From Escherichia phage anhysbys, in the sequence record NC_052656.1: a DNA stretch of 64,000 nucleotides; one strand, given 5' to 3'. The notes beneath the pieces were generated by a model, which worked only from the letters and a program-made list of their open reading frames with translations, ran no database searches and was not told the DNA's origin. A program made the position numbers and the translations under genes. Each line of letters opens with the position of its first letter. Positions within the stretch are counted from its first letter, which is position 1. Shown here piece after piece: positions 42,266 through 51,514 of the stretch.

Positions 42266-42735
42266 TCTTCCTCCTCAAATGGATCATAAGAATTGTACTC
42301 GTAAGTATCATCTTCTGAAAATTCTACTTCGAAATAAATATCAAACTCTGCAAACAGACGTAGGATGTTAGACATGCTGTAATAATTATCGTAGGCAGAT
42401 TCAGCTTCATAGTAAACATAAAGCAAATGGTTAGCCTTATCATCTTCCAAATATTTCCCGTCTGCATACGCATAGTCTGCATATGCTTTACCTGCATCTT
42501 CCACAAGAGAACGATCAAGCAGAGTAGGAAATGGTTTCTCTTTTTCTTTTAGTTTGCTCACTAACCAATGTGCAATATCATTCCATTCTGCATCCATACC
42601 ACTAAAGCAACTTGCTTCTTCTCCAAAAGAAGCTTCTCCTAAATCGCCACTAATACGAATAACATTAGATGAATTATAGCCACACGTTTCACAATCAGAG
42701 TAACTATTATGCACATTGACATTTACTTGAAACAT
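42250..42735 (-). CDS. hypothetical acidic protein
   Basis: ORF track 161 aa; overlaps Sir2 start by 16 nt. Confidence 0.55.
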   Translation of the reverse strand: MFQVNVNVHNSYSDCETCGYNSSNVIRISGDLGEASFGEEASCFSGMDAEWNDIAHWLVSKLKEKEKPFPTLLDRSLVEDAGKAYADYAYADGKYLEDDKANHLLYVYYEAESAYDNYYSMSNILRLFAEFDIYFEVEFSEDDTYEYNSYDPFEEEECQDE

Positions 42736-42793
42736 ATTCCCTCCTATAAAAGAAAAGCCCCCTGAAACAGGAGGCTTTGTTCAGATGCTGGCA

Positions 42794-43447
42794 CTATACC
42801 AGACTTTGTAGGTATTTGTCAAGGGCTTCTTGATCGCCTTGACAAACATAGCAACGGAAGTCTTGAGCCGAAGGTTGTTTATTTTCATCCCAGTCCCAAT
42901 AAACATTACCCTTATAACGTGAACCAGGAAACTCAAAAGAGGCTGTATGTGTAATGTATCCTGGGCCACCAGTGAAATCACAGAATGAGAATTGGGGGTA
43001 TGCCGCCTTTACTGCCTCAATAAACCAAGCTTTACGATCTAAAGCTTCATTGATGCTATACGCATGTCTCTCCATTTCTTCCCACGTTTTCCAGACACTT
43101 CTCTCATCAGGAGAAAAGACAAGCCATTCTGGAAGGTATAGAGTGTCATAGTAATCATCATATTCGATCTCGGAGGCGCACGAAGCTGACTCCTCCAGTT
43201 TTGAGTAATCAAAAGCAGAATATACCCACCAACCATCTTCCAGTAACGCTTTGATAGGGACGAAGCCTTTATCAGCATATTGATCGAATTGTTTGACACG
43301 GTGGCTTGTGCAGTCTTCAAACTCACATTCTAAACGATATGCACCTTTTCGACGAGCCTCAAGACCGTGTGTACTGAAAATAACAACACTTCCTTCACCA
43401 TCATTACGATCTACTTGATAAGCAACCACTGGTTTTGAATTTGACAT
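42794..43447 (-). CDS. hypothetical protein
   Basis: ORF track 217 aa. Confidence 0.6.
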   Translation of the reverse strand: MSNSKPVVAYQVDRNDGEGSVVIFSTHGLEARRKGAYRLECEFEDCTSHRVKQFDQYADKGFVPIKALLEDGWWVYSAFDYSKLEESASCASEIEYDDYYDTLYLPEWLVFSPDERSVWKTWEEMERHAYSINEALDRKAWFIEAVKAAYPQFSFCDFTGGPGYITHTASFEFPGSRYKGNVYWDWDENKQPSAQDFRCYVCQGDQEALDKYLQSLV

Positions 43448-44130
43448 TATTTCTCCTTATCTAGAAGATTGTTAGACAAAAACACTGCACGAGCAAAACC
43501 ACGTGCGGTTAGTGATCTAAGTTGTTTTGTTTTTGCACTAGCTCCACCTAAGCTTTTCCAACCCCAGAAGCAGCCTATATGATCTACTGGTTTCTTAACT
43601 GGTTGAACAAAACCATTGCCGTGCCAAATACAAGTTTTCTTTGTATACCCATCACGGGTAGGCATTTTAGGATGAAAGCTTCCTTCCTCTTCAAACAAAT
43701 ACCCACCATACTCATAAGGATCAAAGTAAAAATCGGGTTTACGCCATAAGGTTGAAAGTTTACCTACTGGGTTCTCAATCATCCAAGGAACATTATATTT
43801 GTTACCCAAAGCTTCCACTACACGAATATTAGCTAAAGCTTCATCCAATTCCTCTGTGCTGCGTTCGTGTTTGCTACCACTACCTGCTAACATAGTGCAA
43901 GGTGGAAATCCAAAAATAATATCGGGTTTAGGTATCCCATGATCTTCAGGGTTGAATGTAGAATCTATCCAGGCATTCACATAGGTTATGTTTGGGTGCT
44001 CCATCCTAACCTCGTATTTACCGTGATCCCCTTCATCAGCGTTTACACAAAAACACTTGTGACCTGCTTCGGCATAACGTAACACCATGATCCCAGATCC
44101 GTCAAACATAGACAAAACTGTTTTACTCAT
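43447..44130 (-). CDS. C5-cytosine methyltransferase-like protein
   Basis: Start refined to MSKTVLSMFDGSG (motif I-like F.G.G), FGFPPCT (PC motif IV-like), IENPVG (ENV motif VI-like); short for a complete MTase. Confidence 0.5.
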   Translation of the reverse strand: MSKTVLSMFDGSGIMVLRYAEAGHKCFCVNADEGDHGKYEVRMEHPNITYVNAWIDSTFNPEDHGIPKPDIIFGFPPCTMLAGSGSKHERSTEELDEALANIRVVEALGNKYNVPWMIENPVGKLSTLWRKPDFYFDPYEYGGYLFEEEGSFHPKMPTRDGYTKKTCIWHGNGFVQPVKKPVDHIGCFWGWKSLGGASAKTKQLRSLTARGFARAVFLSNNLLDKEK

Positions 44131-44536
44131 TACCCCTCCATTCAAGACAAGCCATAACTTTACGCCAATCACTTTCTGTAAGAAAAATCTCGTTTGCTTT
44201 CTTCCACAAATCTAAATCGTGAAGGGTTGGAATACGATATGTTAGTTCACAGAATCTATGCTCTTCTTCTGTAATATAACCAAAATGCAGAGCCACATCG
44301 TGAAACCAACACCAACCATGCATCTCTCGAACAACATGGTCATGTTGAGACATTATTTTATGCCGTAAACCTAACCAACAAGGAACAGATACTTTAGTAG
44401 TCTTTAATCTGTGATCAACAGTATTAGAGTATTCAATAATAGCTGTCAGTTTCAATCGTGCTTTTTCTAAATCCTCATGCGTCACTTTGAAATAACTTTC
44501 TGAAAGATATCCACACATATTAATAACCTCCTTCAA
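44123..44536 (-). CDS. hypothetical protein
   Basis: ORF track 137 aa. Confidence 0.55.
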   Translation of the reverse strand: MKEVINMCGYLSESYFKVTHEDLEKARLKLTAIIEYSNTVDHRLKTTKVSVPCWLGLRHKIMSQHDHVVREMHGWCWFHDVALHFGYITEEEHRFCELTYRIPTLHDLDLWKKANEIFLTESDWRKVMACLEWRGNE

Positions 44537-45461
44537 AAGGCTTTACTACATGTTGATTAGCTTTAAAACGTTCAACATAGTCGTTTTCGCCCATGTTTTC
44601 ATATAGCTTAATAACAACATAAAAGTTTTCCCAAGCATATTCCCTAAACCAACCACTAGTGATGGATGTGCAGACTTTAGATAAAGCCATTATAAAACTT
44701 TGCTTAGGGGTTGGACCTCCGATCTCTCCACCGAAAGGAATTTGTGAACGTTCCAAAGCCAAAACACACGCTTCTTCATAAACACCTAACAGGCGCACAT
44801 GTTTTGGTTGAGCAAAAAACTTTTCTTTGCTGGTCATAACTTCACTTCCATCTTTCATATAAGATTTATATGCTGGGGCATCCATTACCGCGATTGCTTC
44901 ATGGATAGAATCATGATCATAAACATACGGAACCTCATCACCTTTAAAAAAGTCTTTACTTTTTACGTTTAAGTTCGGATGAGAGTAAGTGTATGTTTCT
45001 TTCTCACGCAACTCATAAATACTCTTAAGATTTTCTGGGATCTTTGCGCCAAGTGACCGCATGAAATGAATATCTTTCATAGTTTTAAAGAAGTGAGGAC
45101 TATCCTTTTTAAAACGATGACTCATTTTAAGAAGGTAGAGCACATCTAAAGGAGCAACAACATGTCCAGCATAAGTTCGACGAACATCATCAGAATCTTC
45201 ACAATAACTAATCAAAGCTTCTGTGCTATCTCCTTGAGAAGCAATATCGTATTCCAAATGTGCACCAGCTATCATTTTGACATGGCCTTTGTTCCCTTTA
45301 CGTTCTACAAGTTCAACAAACTCATCTTGAGAGAACATTTTTGATAATTCTTCCCACTCTTGTTCTGTACACAGGTAATCTAAATCTACACAAGGGCGAT
45401 ACAAGTCTTTTCCCATGTCCATAGCATGAATTTGTAATGCACGGCTACCAATTAACACCAT
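44520..45461 (-). CDS. hypothetical protein (possible nucleotidyltransferase-like N-terminus)
   Basis: ORF track 313 aa; N-terminal LIGSRAL...DMGKD...DLDYL loosely resembles GS..D.D motif; TTGACA-17-TAAACT promoter upstream. Confidence 0.55.
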   Translation of the reverse strand: MVLIGSRALQIHAMDMGKDLYRPCVDLDYLCTEQEWEELSKMFSQDEFVELVERKGNKGHVKMIAGAHLEYDIASQGDSTEALISYCEDSDDVRRTYAGHVVAPLDVLYLLKMSHRFKKDSPHFFKTMKDIHFMRSLGAKIPENLKSIYELREKETYTYSHPNLNVKSKDFFKGDEVPYVYDHDSIHEAIAVMDAPAYKSYMKDGSEVMTSKEKFFAQPKHVRLLGVYEEACVLALERSQIPFGGEIGGPTPKQSFIMALSKVCTSITSGWFREYAWENFYVVIKLYENMGENDYVERFKANQHVVKPFEGGY

Positions 45462-45474
45462 AATATTTCTCCTC

Positions 45475-45520
45475 TATTGGTTGATAGGTTAAGTTTATCA
45501 AGCTTCCAGATTCCTGTCAA
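45475..45520 (-). promoter_or_regulatory. candidate promoter (minus strand)
   Basis: Reverse complement TTGACA-17-TAAACT upstream of gene 44520-45461. Confidence 0.45.
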
Positions 45521-45524
45521 TAAA

Positions 45525-45544
45525 AAACCCGCCGAAGCGGGTTA
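45525..45544 (-). terminator. rho-independent terminator (minus strand)
   Basis: Minus-strand AACCCGC-TTCG-GCGGGTT + TTTTTATT. Confidence 0.6.
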
Positions 45545-45551
45545 TTATTTA

Positions 45552-45824
45552 CTAACACATTGAGGAAGAAGAGATCCAAACACCTCTTGTGGTTAAACCA
45601 TTTTCATCCAACTCTACACCATAATCTTCACAAATGAAATCAATATAGTGATCTGCGGCTGGCGTTCCTGTAGGGTAATAAGTTTCTCCGTTACCGTAGT
45701 CACCTATCCAAGCTTGTTCCTGAAACTGTTCACAAAGTTCTTCAATTTCCTTACGAAACTTTCTTTGTGCTTGTTCCATCTCTTTAACTTTCTTTTTTAT
45801 CAGCAGTTCGCCTTCAGACTCCAC
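45552..45824 (-). CDS. small acidic protein with C-terminal GVWISSSSMC
   Basis: ORF track 90 aa; terminator hairpin downstream. Confidence 0.55.
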   Translation of the reverse strand: MESEGELLIKKKVKEMEQAQRKFRKEIEELCEQFQEQAWIGDYGNGETYYPTGTPAADHYIDFICEDYGVELDENGLTTRGVWISSSSMC

Positions 45825-45833
45825 AATCTCTCC

Positions 45834-46052
45834 TTAACAGCTACTACTGTGCCAAACGCCTTGAGAATTAACGACGAAACCATCATCACCTTCACCATAA
45901 CAAGAAGAGGATTGCCAATCTTCAAAACAGATTGCGTCATTTTCTAAACTAAGACCAAAACCAGCATCTTCAGCTTCTTTTGTAAGTTCGTCCACTAAAG
46001 CCATAATAGCTTGGGCTTTTTCAGTTAATTCTTCAACATTACGATCACTCAT
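45834..46052 (-). CDS. small acidic protein with C-terminal GVWHSSSC
   Basis: Track frame 45834-46094; start refined to MSDRNVEEL after AGAGGAGAAA. Confidence 0.5.
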   Translation of the reverse strand: MSDRNVEELTEKAQAIMALVDELTKEAEDAGFGLSLENDAICFEDWQSSSCYGEGDDGFVVNSQGVWHSSSC

Positions 46053-46360
46053 TAGTATTTCTCCTCTGGTTGGAAAACTGAACGACAGGCCCACATAGAA
46101 GCTTCTTTCAACTTAGTCTTTGCTATTGAAATTTGGTCAAGGCGGGTGGATATATTGGTAGACTCTTCCAAATCTTCACAATCATCCAGTTCAGCCCACA
46201 ATTCAGACATTAGAGCATCAAAGATTAATCCTAATCGAACTTCAGCATCTTTAATAGCATTCACTTTACCAATTTTGTCATCGGTATGCGGTTTATAACC
46301 TTTGATATCTTCGATTCCCACTTTACCTCCTATTAACAACTTAAAGAAGATGGATGCCAA
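46052..46360 (-). CDS. hypothetical protein
   Basis: ORF track 102 aa. Confidence 0.5.
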   Translation of the reverse strand: MASIFFKLLIGGKVGIEDIKGYKPHTDDKIGKVNAIKDAEVRLGLIFDALMSELWAELDDCEDLEESTNISTRLDQISIAKTKLKEASMWACRSVFQPEEKY

Positions 46361-46530
46361 TTTGTTCCAGTATTCTCATTTTCATCTTCTGGATCATAAT
46401 AACCTCCCATCCCATATTCAGGGGAGAAACTGAAACCTTCACCAGTCTCGTCTGCTAACTGTTCTGCTTCCGCTAAAGCCTCATAAGCTGCTTTTACGGC
46501 TTCTTCTACTGTTTTAAACTTGGTCGTCAT
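46333..46530 (-). CDS. small acidic protein with C-terminal NWHPSSLSC
   Basis: ORF track 65 aa. Confidence 0.5.
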   Translation of the reverse strand: MTTKFKTVEEAVKAAYEALAEAEQLADETGEGFSFSPEYGMGGYYDPEDENENTGTNWHPSSLSC

Positions 46531-46804
46531 AAAATTTCTCCTCTCCTAAAGACATGTTGACATGAAATGCACGATATGTAAATTCGTTGTCCGTTGTGTT
46601 TGAATAAAACTCAAATTGAACAACACCGTCTTGAGAAGACAGATACATGCCAATTTGAACTGTTCCTTCTGGTACCAGGTAAGCATACTCTGGACGTAGT
46701 GTTACATTGTAAAAATAAAGTTCCCCAACACCCATTTCATCCCAAGCTTCCCAAGCGGTAACGAAGTTACTTTCAAAACTTGTTACTGATCCGAACTCTG
46801 CCAT
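46514..46804 (-). CDS. hypothetical protein
   Basis: ORF track 96 aa. Confidence 0.55.
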   Translation of the reverse strand: MAEFGSVTSFESNFVTAWEAWDEMGVGELYFYNVTLRPEYAYLVPEGTVQIGMYLSSQDGVVQFEFYSNTTDNEFTYRAFHVNMSLGEEKFYDDQV

Positions 46805-47295
46805 AAAACCTCCTCAATCTTGTAGTTTGACTCCATCTCCAACACATTTCCACGAACGTCTCTCCGAAGAAAGGCATAAGCTTTATTAGGTATTGTAGAC
46901 TCATATTTAACCATATCTGGCACAGCAAAAGATACTACTACTCCTGCTGGGCTTCTGTCAAGAGCCTTATTAATATTTCTAAGGATATCGTTAGCCAAAA
47001 TTTCTGCCAATTCTCCAAGAACGGTTTCGGTTATATCTTTATATCCCATTAAGTATTTGTTGATATCTTTCATCTCTGTATTGTTCAGAGTATAATCCAA
47101 AGGATAGAAATTCAAAGCGGAGTCACTTTTATGTGTCCACATGAAATGCACCCGATCCGAGCAGAATCGTAACCCTCTTTGAAGAATATCTTCTACAACA
47201 GGCAGAATTTCTTTTGTCACATCATTAACCATGTTGTAATCTAAGATTTCTGCCAAGTTTGTTCTTTGTTCACCACGTTTACGTTTAGGAATCAC
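46783..47295 (-). CDS. hypothetical protein
   Basis: ORF track 170 aa. Confidence 0.55.
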   Translation of the reverse strand: MIPKRKRGEQRTNLAEILDYNMVNDVTKEILPVVEDILQRGLRFCSDRVHFMWTHKSDSALNFYPLDYTLNNTEMKDINKYLMGYKDITETVLGELAEILANDILRNINKALDRSPAGVVVSFAVPDMVKYESTIPNKAYAFLRRDVRGNVLEMESNYKIEEVLWQSSDQ

Positions 47296-47890
47296 TTGTT
47301 ATTGCCCTCATTACCAAAGGTCGTAGAAAATCGTAAATCTCTTGTTTTGTTTTCCCACGAATGTTTAAACAAGGAACATTATTGGCTTTAGCTATCTTCC
47401 AAGCCGTAGCTGTTCCACCTTTTGCATCTCCATGTTTATCAGTATTAGCACAAGCCAACAAGAAACATGATGGAGCAGGATTCTCCAAATCTCTACCTAA
47501 CACTTGATGCACATTACGTTGGTGCAATTTTCTAGCACCCTGCTTAAGCTTTTCATAGGCTGGGTGAACATCTTTGATCCATTGCACAGAGATAGCATAG
47601 TTCATTGTATCTGGTTTTGCAAGAACAATAACATCCCCTGGAATCTGATTACCTTTGAAATTTTCCCAAGGAACATAAATCTCCTTGTTAGTAGGATTTT
47701 CAGACTCTTGGACACCTGTTTCAAAAGCAGAATCACTACCCTCTGCCTTCCCAGACCTTAATTTAAACCCAAGGTTTGAAAGCCATTTCCCTATGCCTAC
47801 CATCAAAGCCCACTCTTCTTCGGATATGTCTCTACTTCCAACTCCCGTATAGAACAGTTCTGCCATAATCACCTCAACAAGTAATTTCAA
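47285..47890 (-). CDS. DprA/Smf-like Rossmann-fold protein
   Basis: TGVGSRDIS..., RSGKAEGSDSAFETG, GGTATAWKIAKANNVPCLNI resemble DprA/SLOG-type nucleotide-binding fold (by eye). Confidence 0.5.
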   Translation of the reverse strand: MKLLVEVIMAELFYTGVGSRDISEEEWALMVGIGKWLSNLGFKLRSGKAEGSDSAFETGVQESENPTNKEIYVPWENFKGNQIPGDVIVLAKPDTMNYAISVQWIKDVHPAYEKLKQGARKLHQRNVHQVLGRDLENPAPSCFLLACANTDKHGDAKGGTATAWKIAKANNVPCLNIRGKTKQEIYDFLRPLVMRAITSDS

Positions 47891-48182
47891 AAGGTGTATA
47901 GGGTTCCGTATTTCTCATGATCCAAGGACTGCTAGGATTGCTCGGATCATAAGGGCCAAAAGGTTTTATGGTAGGTTGTGTTTCTTTCTTCTGAATCTCT
48001 TCAAAAATACGACGAAGTTCAGAATATTCTTGATCCACCATAAGATTCGGTGCATCTGATTCTACAGCTTGCAGGTTATCTTCCTTAAGAACAATCTCAC
48101 GAACAAGATTAACATCTTCTGTTTCTAAGATAACTTCTTTACGGATATTACCTACACTTTGAATAATTGTAATCTTATACAT
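47874..48182 (-). CDS. hypothetical protein
   Basis: ORF track 102 aa. Confidence 0.5.
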   Translation of the reverse strand: MYKITIIQSVGNIRKEVILETEDVNLVREIVLKEDNLQAVESDAPNLMVDQEYSELRRIFEEIQKKETQPTIKPFGPYDPSNPSSPWIMRNTEPYTPFEITC

Positions 48183-48925
48183 TAATCCTCCTCAAGAGTT
48201 GAATAAAATTGAAGACCACCGTCCATATCGAAATAAGCAAATGTTAAGTTATTATTGAACACAGATCCAGTATCCATATAAACACGATTCGCATTGATAA
48301 TAGGTGTTTTTACATAAGAGTGTCCATGAAACACATAATCCACACCCATCACAACAGGAAGTTTCATTCCCTCTTTAGCACAATCCACCATATCTCTGTC
48401 CCACATAAGTGCTTCAGCAAAACGGTTTTCCTGTGTTTTTGTCATCTTCGAAGTGTATTCTGGAATATCTGTTACAGGGAGATATTCCAAAGAAGACGGA
48501 TACCCACCATGAATAAACGCAAGTTTCATGCCTCTGTAGTTAACAATGAGAACAACAGGTAAATCTTCTGTCATCATTGCTAAGGCTGTAGCTCCTTCTT
48601 CACCACATTCTTCAAAGACCGTATATCCTCCATTTTGATACCAACACTCGTAGTAGCTACGATCTCCTTCCAGCATACCTTTAATCATCATGTCTTCATG
48701 ATTGCCACGAATAGCGTAGCGATTGTGTTTACGAGTAAATTCTAAAACACAACGAAAATTTTGCTTTCCACGGTCAGTAAGATCTCCTAGAGATACAACC
48801 ACATCTGTATCTCGGATACCTAACTTTGCCTTTCCTTTTTCATACAAATTATAACAACCGTGTAGATCTCCAATTATAAAAAGATCTTGATCGCTTTTAA
48901 CAGTAATTTCTCTGTGTATGATCAC
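48182..48925 (-). CDS. Ser/Thr protein phosphatase (calcineurin-like metallophosphoesterase)
   Basis: GDLHGC, GDLTDRG, GNHE signature motifs in order. Confidence 0.8.
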   Translation of the reverse strand: MIIHREITVKSDQDLFIIGDLHGCYNLYEKGKAKLGIRDTDVVVSLGDLTDRGKQNFRCVLEFTRKHNRYAIRGNHEDMMIKGMLEGDRSYYECWYQNGGYTVFEECGEEGATALAMMTEDLPVVLIVNYRGMKLAFIHGGYPSSLEYLPVTDIPEYTSKMTKTQENRFAEALMWDRDMVDCAKEGMKLPVVMGVDYVFHGHSYVKTPIINANRVYMDTGSVFNNNLTFAYFDMDGGLQFYSTLEED

Positions 48926-49251
48926 TTATCCTCCTCAAAATCTAAGAAAATAAAAATATTCACCTTTCCTTCAATCTCTTGTTCTAAAACAAGATCGGCA
49001 AATTCTGCATAAGCTTTCTCTTCAACTTTTTCAATATGTTCTGCGGCATCTTTAAAAGGCGTATCCCCATCCACCTTTACTAATAAGAAAAGAGATCGCA
49101 TTTCGACGTTTTTACTGTTACGAGGAAGGAAATCTACAGCTTCAACAATTCTCCAACCCAAATAGCCAGGGGTTTTATGAATCTCCCCTAAATACTTTTC
49201 TAAGATTTTACGACCCTCGTCGATAAGGGCTTGTTCTGTAGTAATTTCCAT
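48922..49251 (-). CDS. hypothetical protein
   Basis: ORF track 109 aa. Confidence 0.55.
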   Translation of the reverse strand: MEITTEQALIDEGRKILEKYLGEIHKTPGYLGWRIVEAVDFLPRNSKNVEMRSLFLLVKVDGDTPFKDAAEHIEKVEEKAYAEFADLVLEQEIEGKVNIFIFLDFEEDK

Positions 49252-49261
49252 TCCTTCCTCC

Positions 49262-49852
49262 TCAAATTATTAACGAAACCGCATGACTAAATCTTGGTTC
49301 AGATATAACCTCTGCTACAGTCACATATGTATCGTGCAGCCAAAAAGATTCTACTCTACAAACACAAATACCGTTGATAATGAAATCTACACAGGCTTTA
49401 TTATTTTCGCACACTTGTTGACTATAAACAACCCCTAAAGAGTCATAAAGTGATCTCACTGTTGCTACCATTTCATCTGTTTCGTCTTCCTGTGAAACAA
49501 AGAAAACGAATACAGACAAGTTATTAGCGAAAGTATTGCTATTCTCTACTTCAACCGACTTACAAGGTAAAAAGGAGTAATATTTACCGTTAGGTATCAA
49601 TTTCGCCTCAACCTGGTTAAGTATGCTTTGAGATGGTTTTGTTACATAAAAAAGATTTTCTGTTGGGTTTTCAACATTGCTCCTTACTATGCAACGAGTG
49701 GGGTTCGAAGGATCAAAAACATGATCGAAATCGACACACACAGGTAAGTTAACAACTTTAAACTTTTTGCTAAGAATGCTTACTGCTGTAAAAATCAAAC
49801 CAGCATTTATTTTGCCAGTGAAAGTTGAACGCATAACTACTCCTCGGATCAT
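49262..49852 (-). CDS. hypothetical protein
   Basis: ORF track 196 aa. Confidence 0.55.
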   Translation of the reverse strand: MIRGVVMRSTFTGKINAGLIFTAVSILSKKFKVVNLPVCVDFDHVFDPSNPTRCIVRSNVENPTENLFYVTKPSQSILNQVEAKLIPNGKYYSFLPCKSVEVENSNTFANNLSVFVFFVSQEDETDEMVATVRSLYDSLGVVYSQQVCENNKACVDFIINGICVCRVESFWLHDTYVTVAEVISEPRFSHAVSLII

Positions 49853-50043
49853 TCTACCAAAGAGAATTCCGCCTCTTCTAGGTAGATTACAGACCTTGTT
49901 GCATGATATTTAACGCTCCAGAAATTACCTTCGCGCCGTAAAAGTATCTCATTCACATCAAGATTGCTTAGAAAAACCATATAACTTAAAGCTTGTTGAC
50001 GCGTTGAGAATTGTTTCTCTAAAAGTTCTTCTCCGCTCTGCAT
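49849..50043 (-). CDS. hypothetical protein
   Basis: ORF track 64 aa. Confidence 0.5.
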   Translation of the reverse strand: MQSGEELLEKQFSTRQQALSYMVFLSNLDVNEILLRREGNFWSVKYHATRSVIYLEEAEFSLVE

Positions 50044-50089
50044 AATCCCTCCTTAAAAATACTCCCTCCGAAAAGGGAGTATAAGTATA

Positions 50090-50293
50090 TCACGTAGTTG
50101 TTATGTTGTCTTCTTGGATACTAGAATCCACTTCTGCAAACATATCTTCTGCACTGTAATTATTTCCAGTCCAGCGTGATAAAAGGATAGCACCAATCTC
50201 TTTTGCATGAGATTCGGACTCCGCATAAACGTTAGTCCCAGTGTCACCTTTTTTCTTTTCATGTGCATAAATGCAGTAATAATTGTAAGCCAT
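50090..50293 (-). CDS. hypothetical protein
   Basis: ORF track 67 aa. Confidence 0.5.
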   Translation of the reverse strand: MAYNYYCIYAHEKKKGDTGTNVYAESESHAKEIGAILLSRWTGNNYSAEDMFAEVDSSIQEDNITTT

Positions 50294-50529
50294 TAATCTT
50301 CCCAGTCATTGCCCTCGGTAGAGTGAACTAAAGCTCGCACGATACCACCGTAATCTACTGCCTGATTTGCAGCATGTTCGGCATAAACTTCAATGGCTTT
50401 TTTGAAGAAAAGAGCAGTAGCTGCTTCAATATTATCCATTTCGCCATCTACGTCAGTAGAAAGTGAAAGGTTGAGGCTTTCATCTACTTCATCAAAATCA
50501 ATAGCCACTGTCATAATTAGTTTACCCAT
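50293..50529 (-). CDS. hypothetical acidic protein
   Basis: ORF track 78 aa. Confidence 0.5.
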   Translation of the reverse strand: MGKLIMTVAIDFDEVDESLNLSLSTDVDGEMDNIEAATALFFKKAIEVYAEHAANQAVDYGGIVRALVHSTEGNDWED

Positions 50530-50541
50530 AGTTCACACTCC

Positions 50542-51051
50542 TTAAACAAAATAAAATGGTTGAGAGAGGCCCAAACGATTCTTTGGGTCGTATACATACC
50601 AAGCGTATGCTGTTTTATCTGTTCCACCTGCAACAAACGAAGGCCGTTCTGAAAGGACTATAAGGTTTGTTGGTGGATTCTTTTGATGGAACTCTCGTCG
50701 TTTCTTTGACTCCAAGAAGCCCAACCGAAGAAGATAAATACAAACATCCGCCTCTTTTAAGCTCTTTTCCAAGAACTCCATTGCTAACTTAAATGGAGGA
50801 TTTGTGATTATAATGTCGGGACGATTTTCCCATTCATGACTAAAATAATCTTTACCTTCTTCAAGTTCGCAATATTCTGAACCTTCAGGAAAATGGCGAT
50901 AAATCGCTTCAGCTTCACCTCTGCAAGGTTCTGCAAAAACCCAACCTTCTTCCTTTAGATTTTTGAAATCTATAACACTAAACAAACTATTGATTGCTTT
51001 TTGCGGTGTCGGATAATAATCGCTCGTTGGGCGATCATAATCTAATGCCAT
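50542..51051 (-). CDS. putative DNA N6-adenine/N4-cytosine methyltransferase (small, NPPF motif)
   Basis: IIITNPPF catalytic tetrapeptide; YYPTP near N-terminus; 169 aa. Confidence 0.55.
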   Translation of the reverse strand: MALDYDRPTSDYYPTPQKAINSLFSVIDFKNLKEEGWVFAEPCRGEAEAIYRHFPEGSEYCELEEGKDYFSHEWENRPDIIITNPPFKLAMEFLEKSLKEADVCIYLLRLGFLESKKRREFHQKNPPTNLIVLSERPSFVAGGTDKTAYAWYVYDPKNRLGLSQPFYFV

Positions 51052-51469
51052 CTAAAATCTCCTCTTTTGTAATATTATCCAACTCTTTAAAGGATGAAAT
51101 CTCGTTTAATAATCCTATTTGATCAGCTTCTAGAGGATAAGTGTTTTTATCTGTTTTTCTAGACAGAATATCTTCAACAAACTTATCAATAGCCAAAGAA
51201 GAATCATAAAATTTTAAAAGTTGGTAATCCATAGGAGATATTTTGTCATCTCTTAGAAATATTTCTAACATGTTTTCAGGAGTATCATGGTTTAGTTTAT
51301 GTTCACCAAAAATATTAACTTCGTAAACATCTTTGCCAAACCAACGTTTCTTCTTTTCAACAGTATAGGTTTTTTCCACCAGACCATCTAAACAGTTTCT
51401 TGCCCTCTTACATGTTTGACGGTAAGAGTGGATAGCGCCTTCAACAAACTTAGCAGGAACTTGTAACAT
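51035..51469 (-). CDS. hypothetical protein
   Basis: ORF track 144 aa. Confidence 0.55.
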   Translation of the reverse strand: MLQVPAKFVEGAIHSYRQTCKRARNCLDGLVEKTYTVEKKKRWFGKDVYEVNIFGEHKLNHDTPENMLEIFLRDDKISPMDYQLLKFYDSSLAIDKFVEDILSRKTDKNTYPLEADQIGLLNEISSFKELDNITKEEILDGIRL

Positions 51470-51493
51470 TATTAATCTCCTATGTTTAAGAAA

Positions 51494-51509
51494 TGCCCCC
51501 GAAGGGGCA
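51494..51509 (-). other. intercistronic CUUCGG-type hairpin
   Basis: Minus-strand UGCCCC-UUCG-GGGGCA after HslV-like gene. Confidence 0.5.
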
Positions 51510-51514
51510 GTTTG

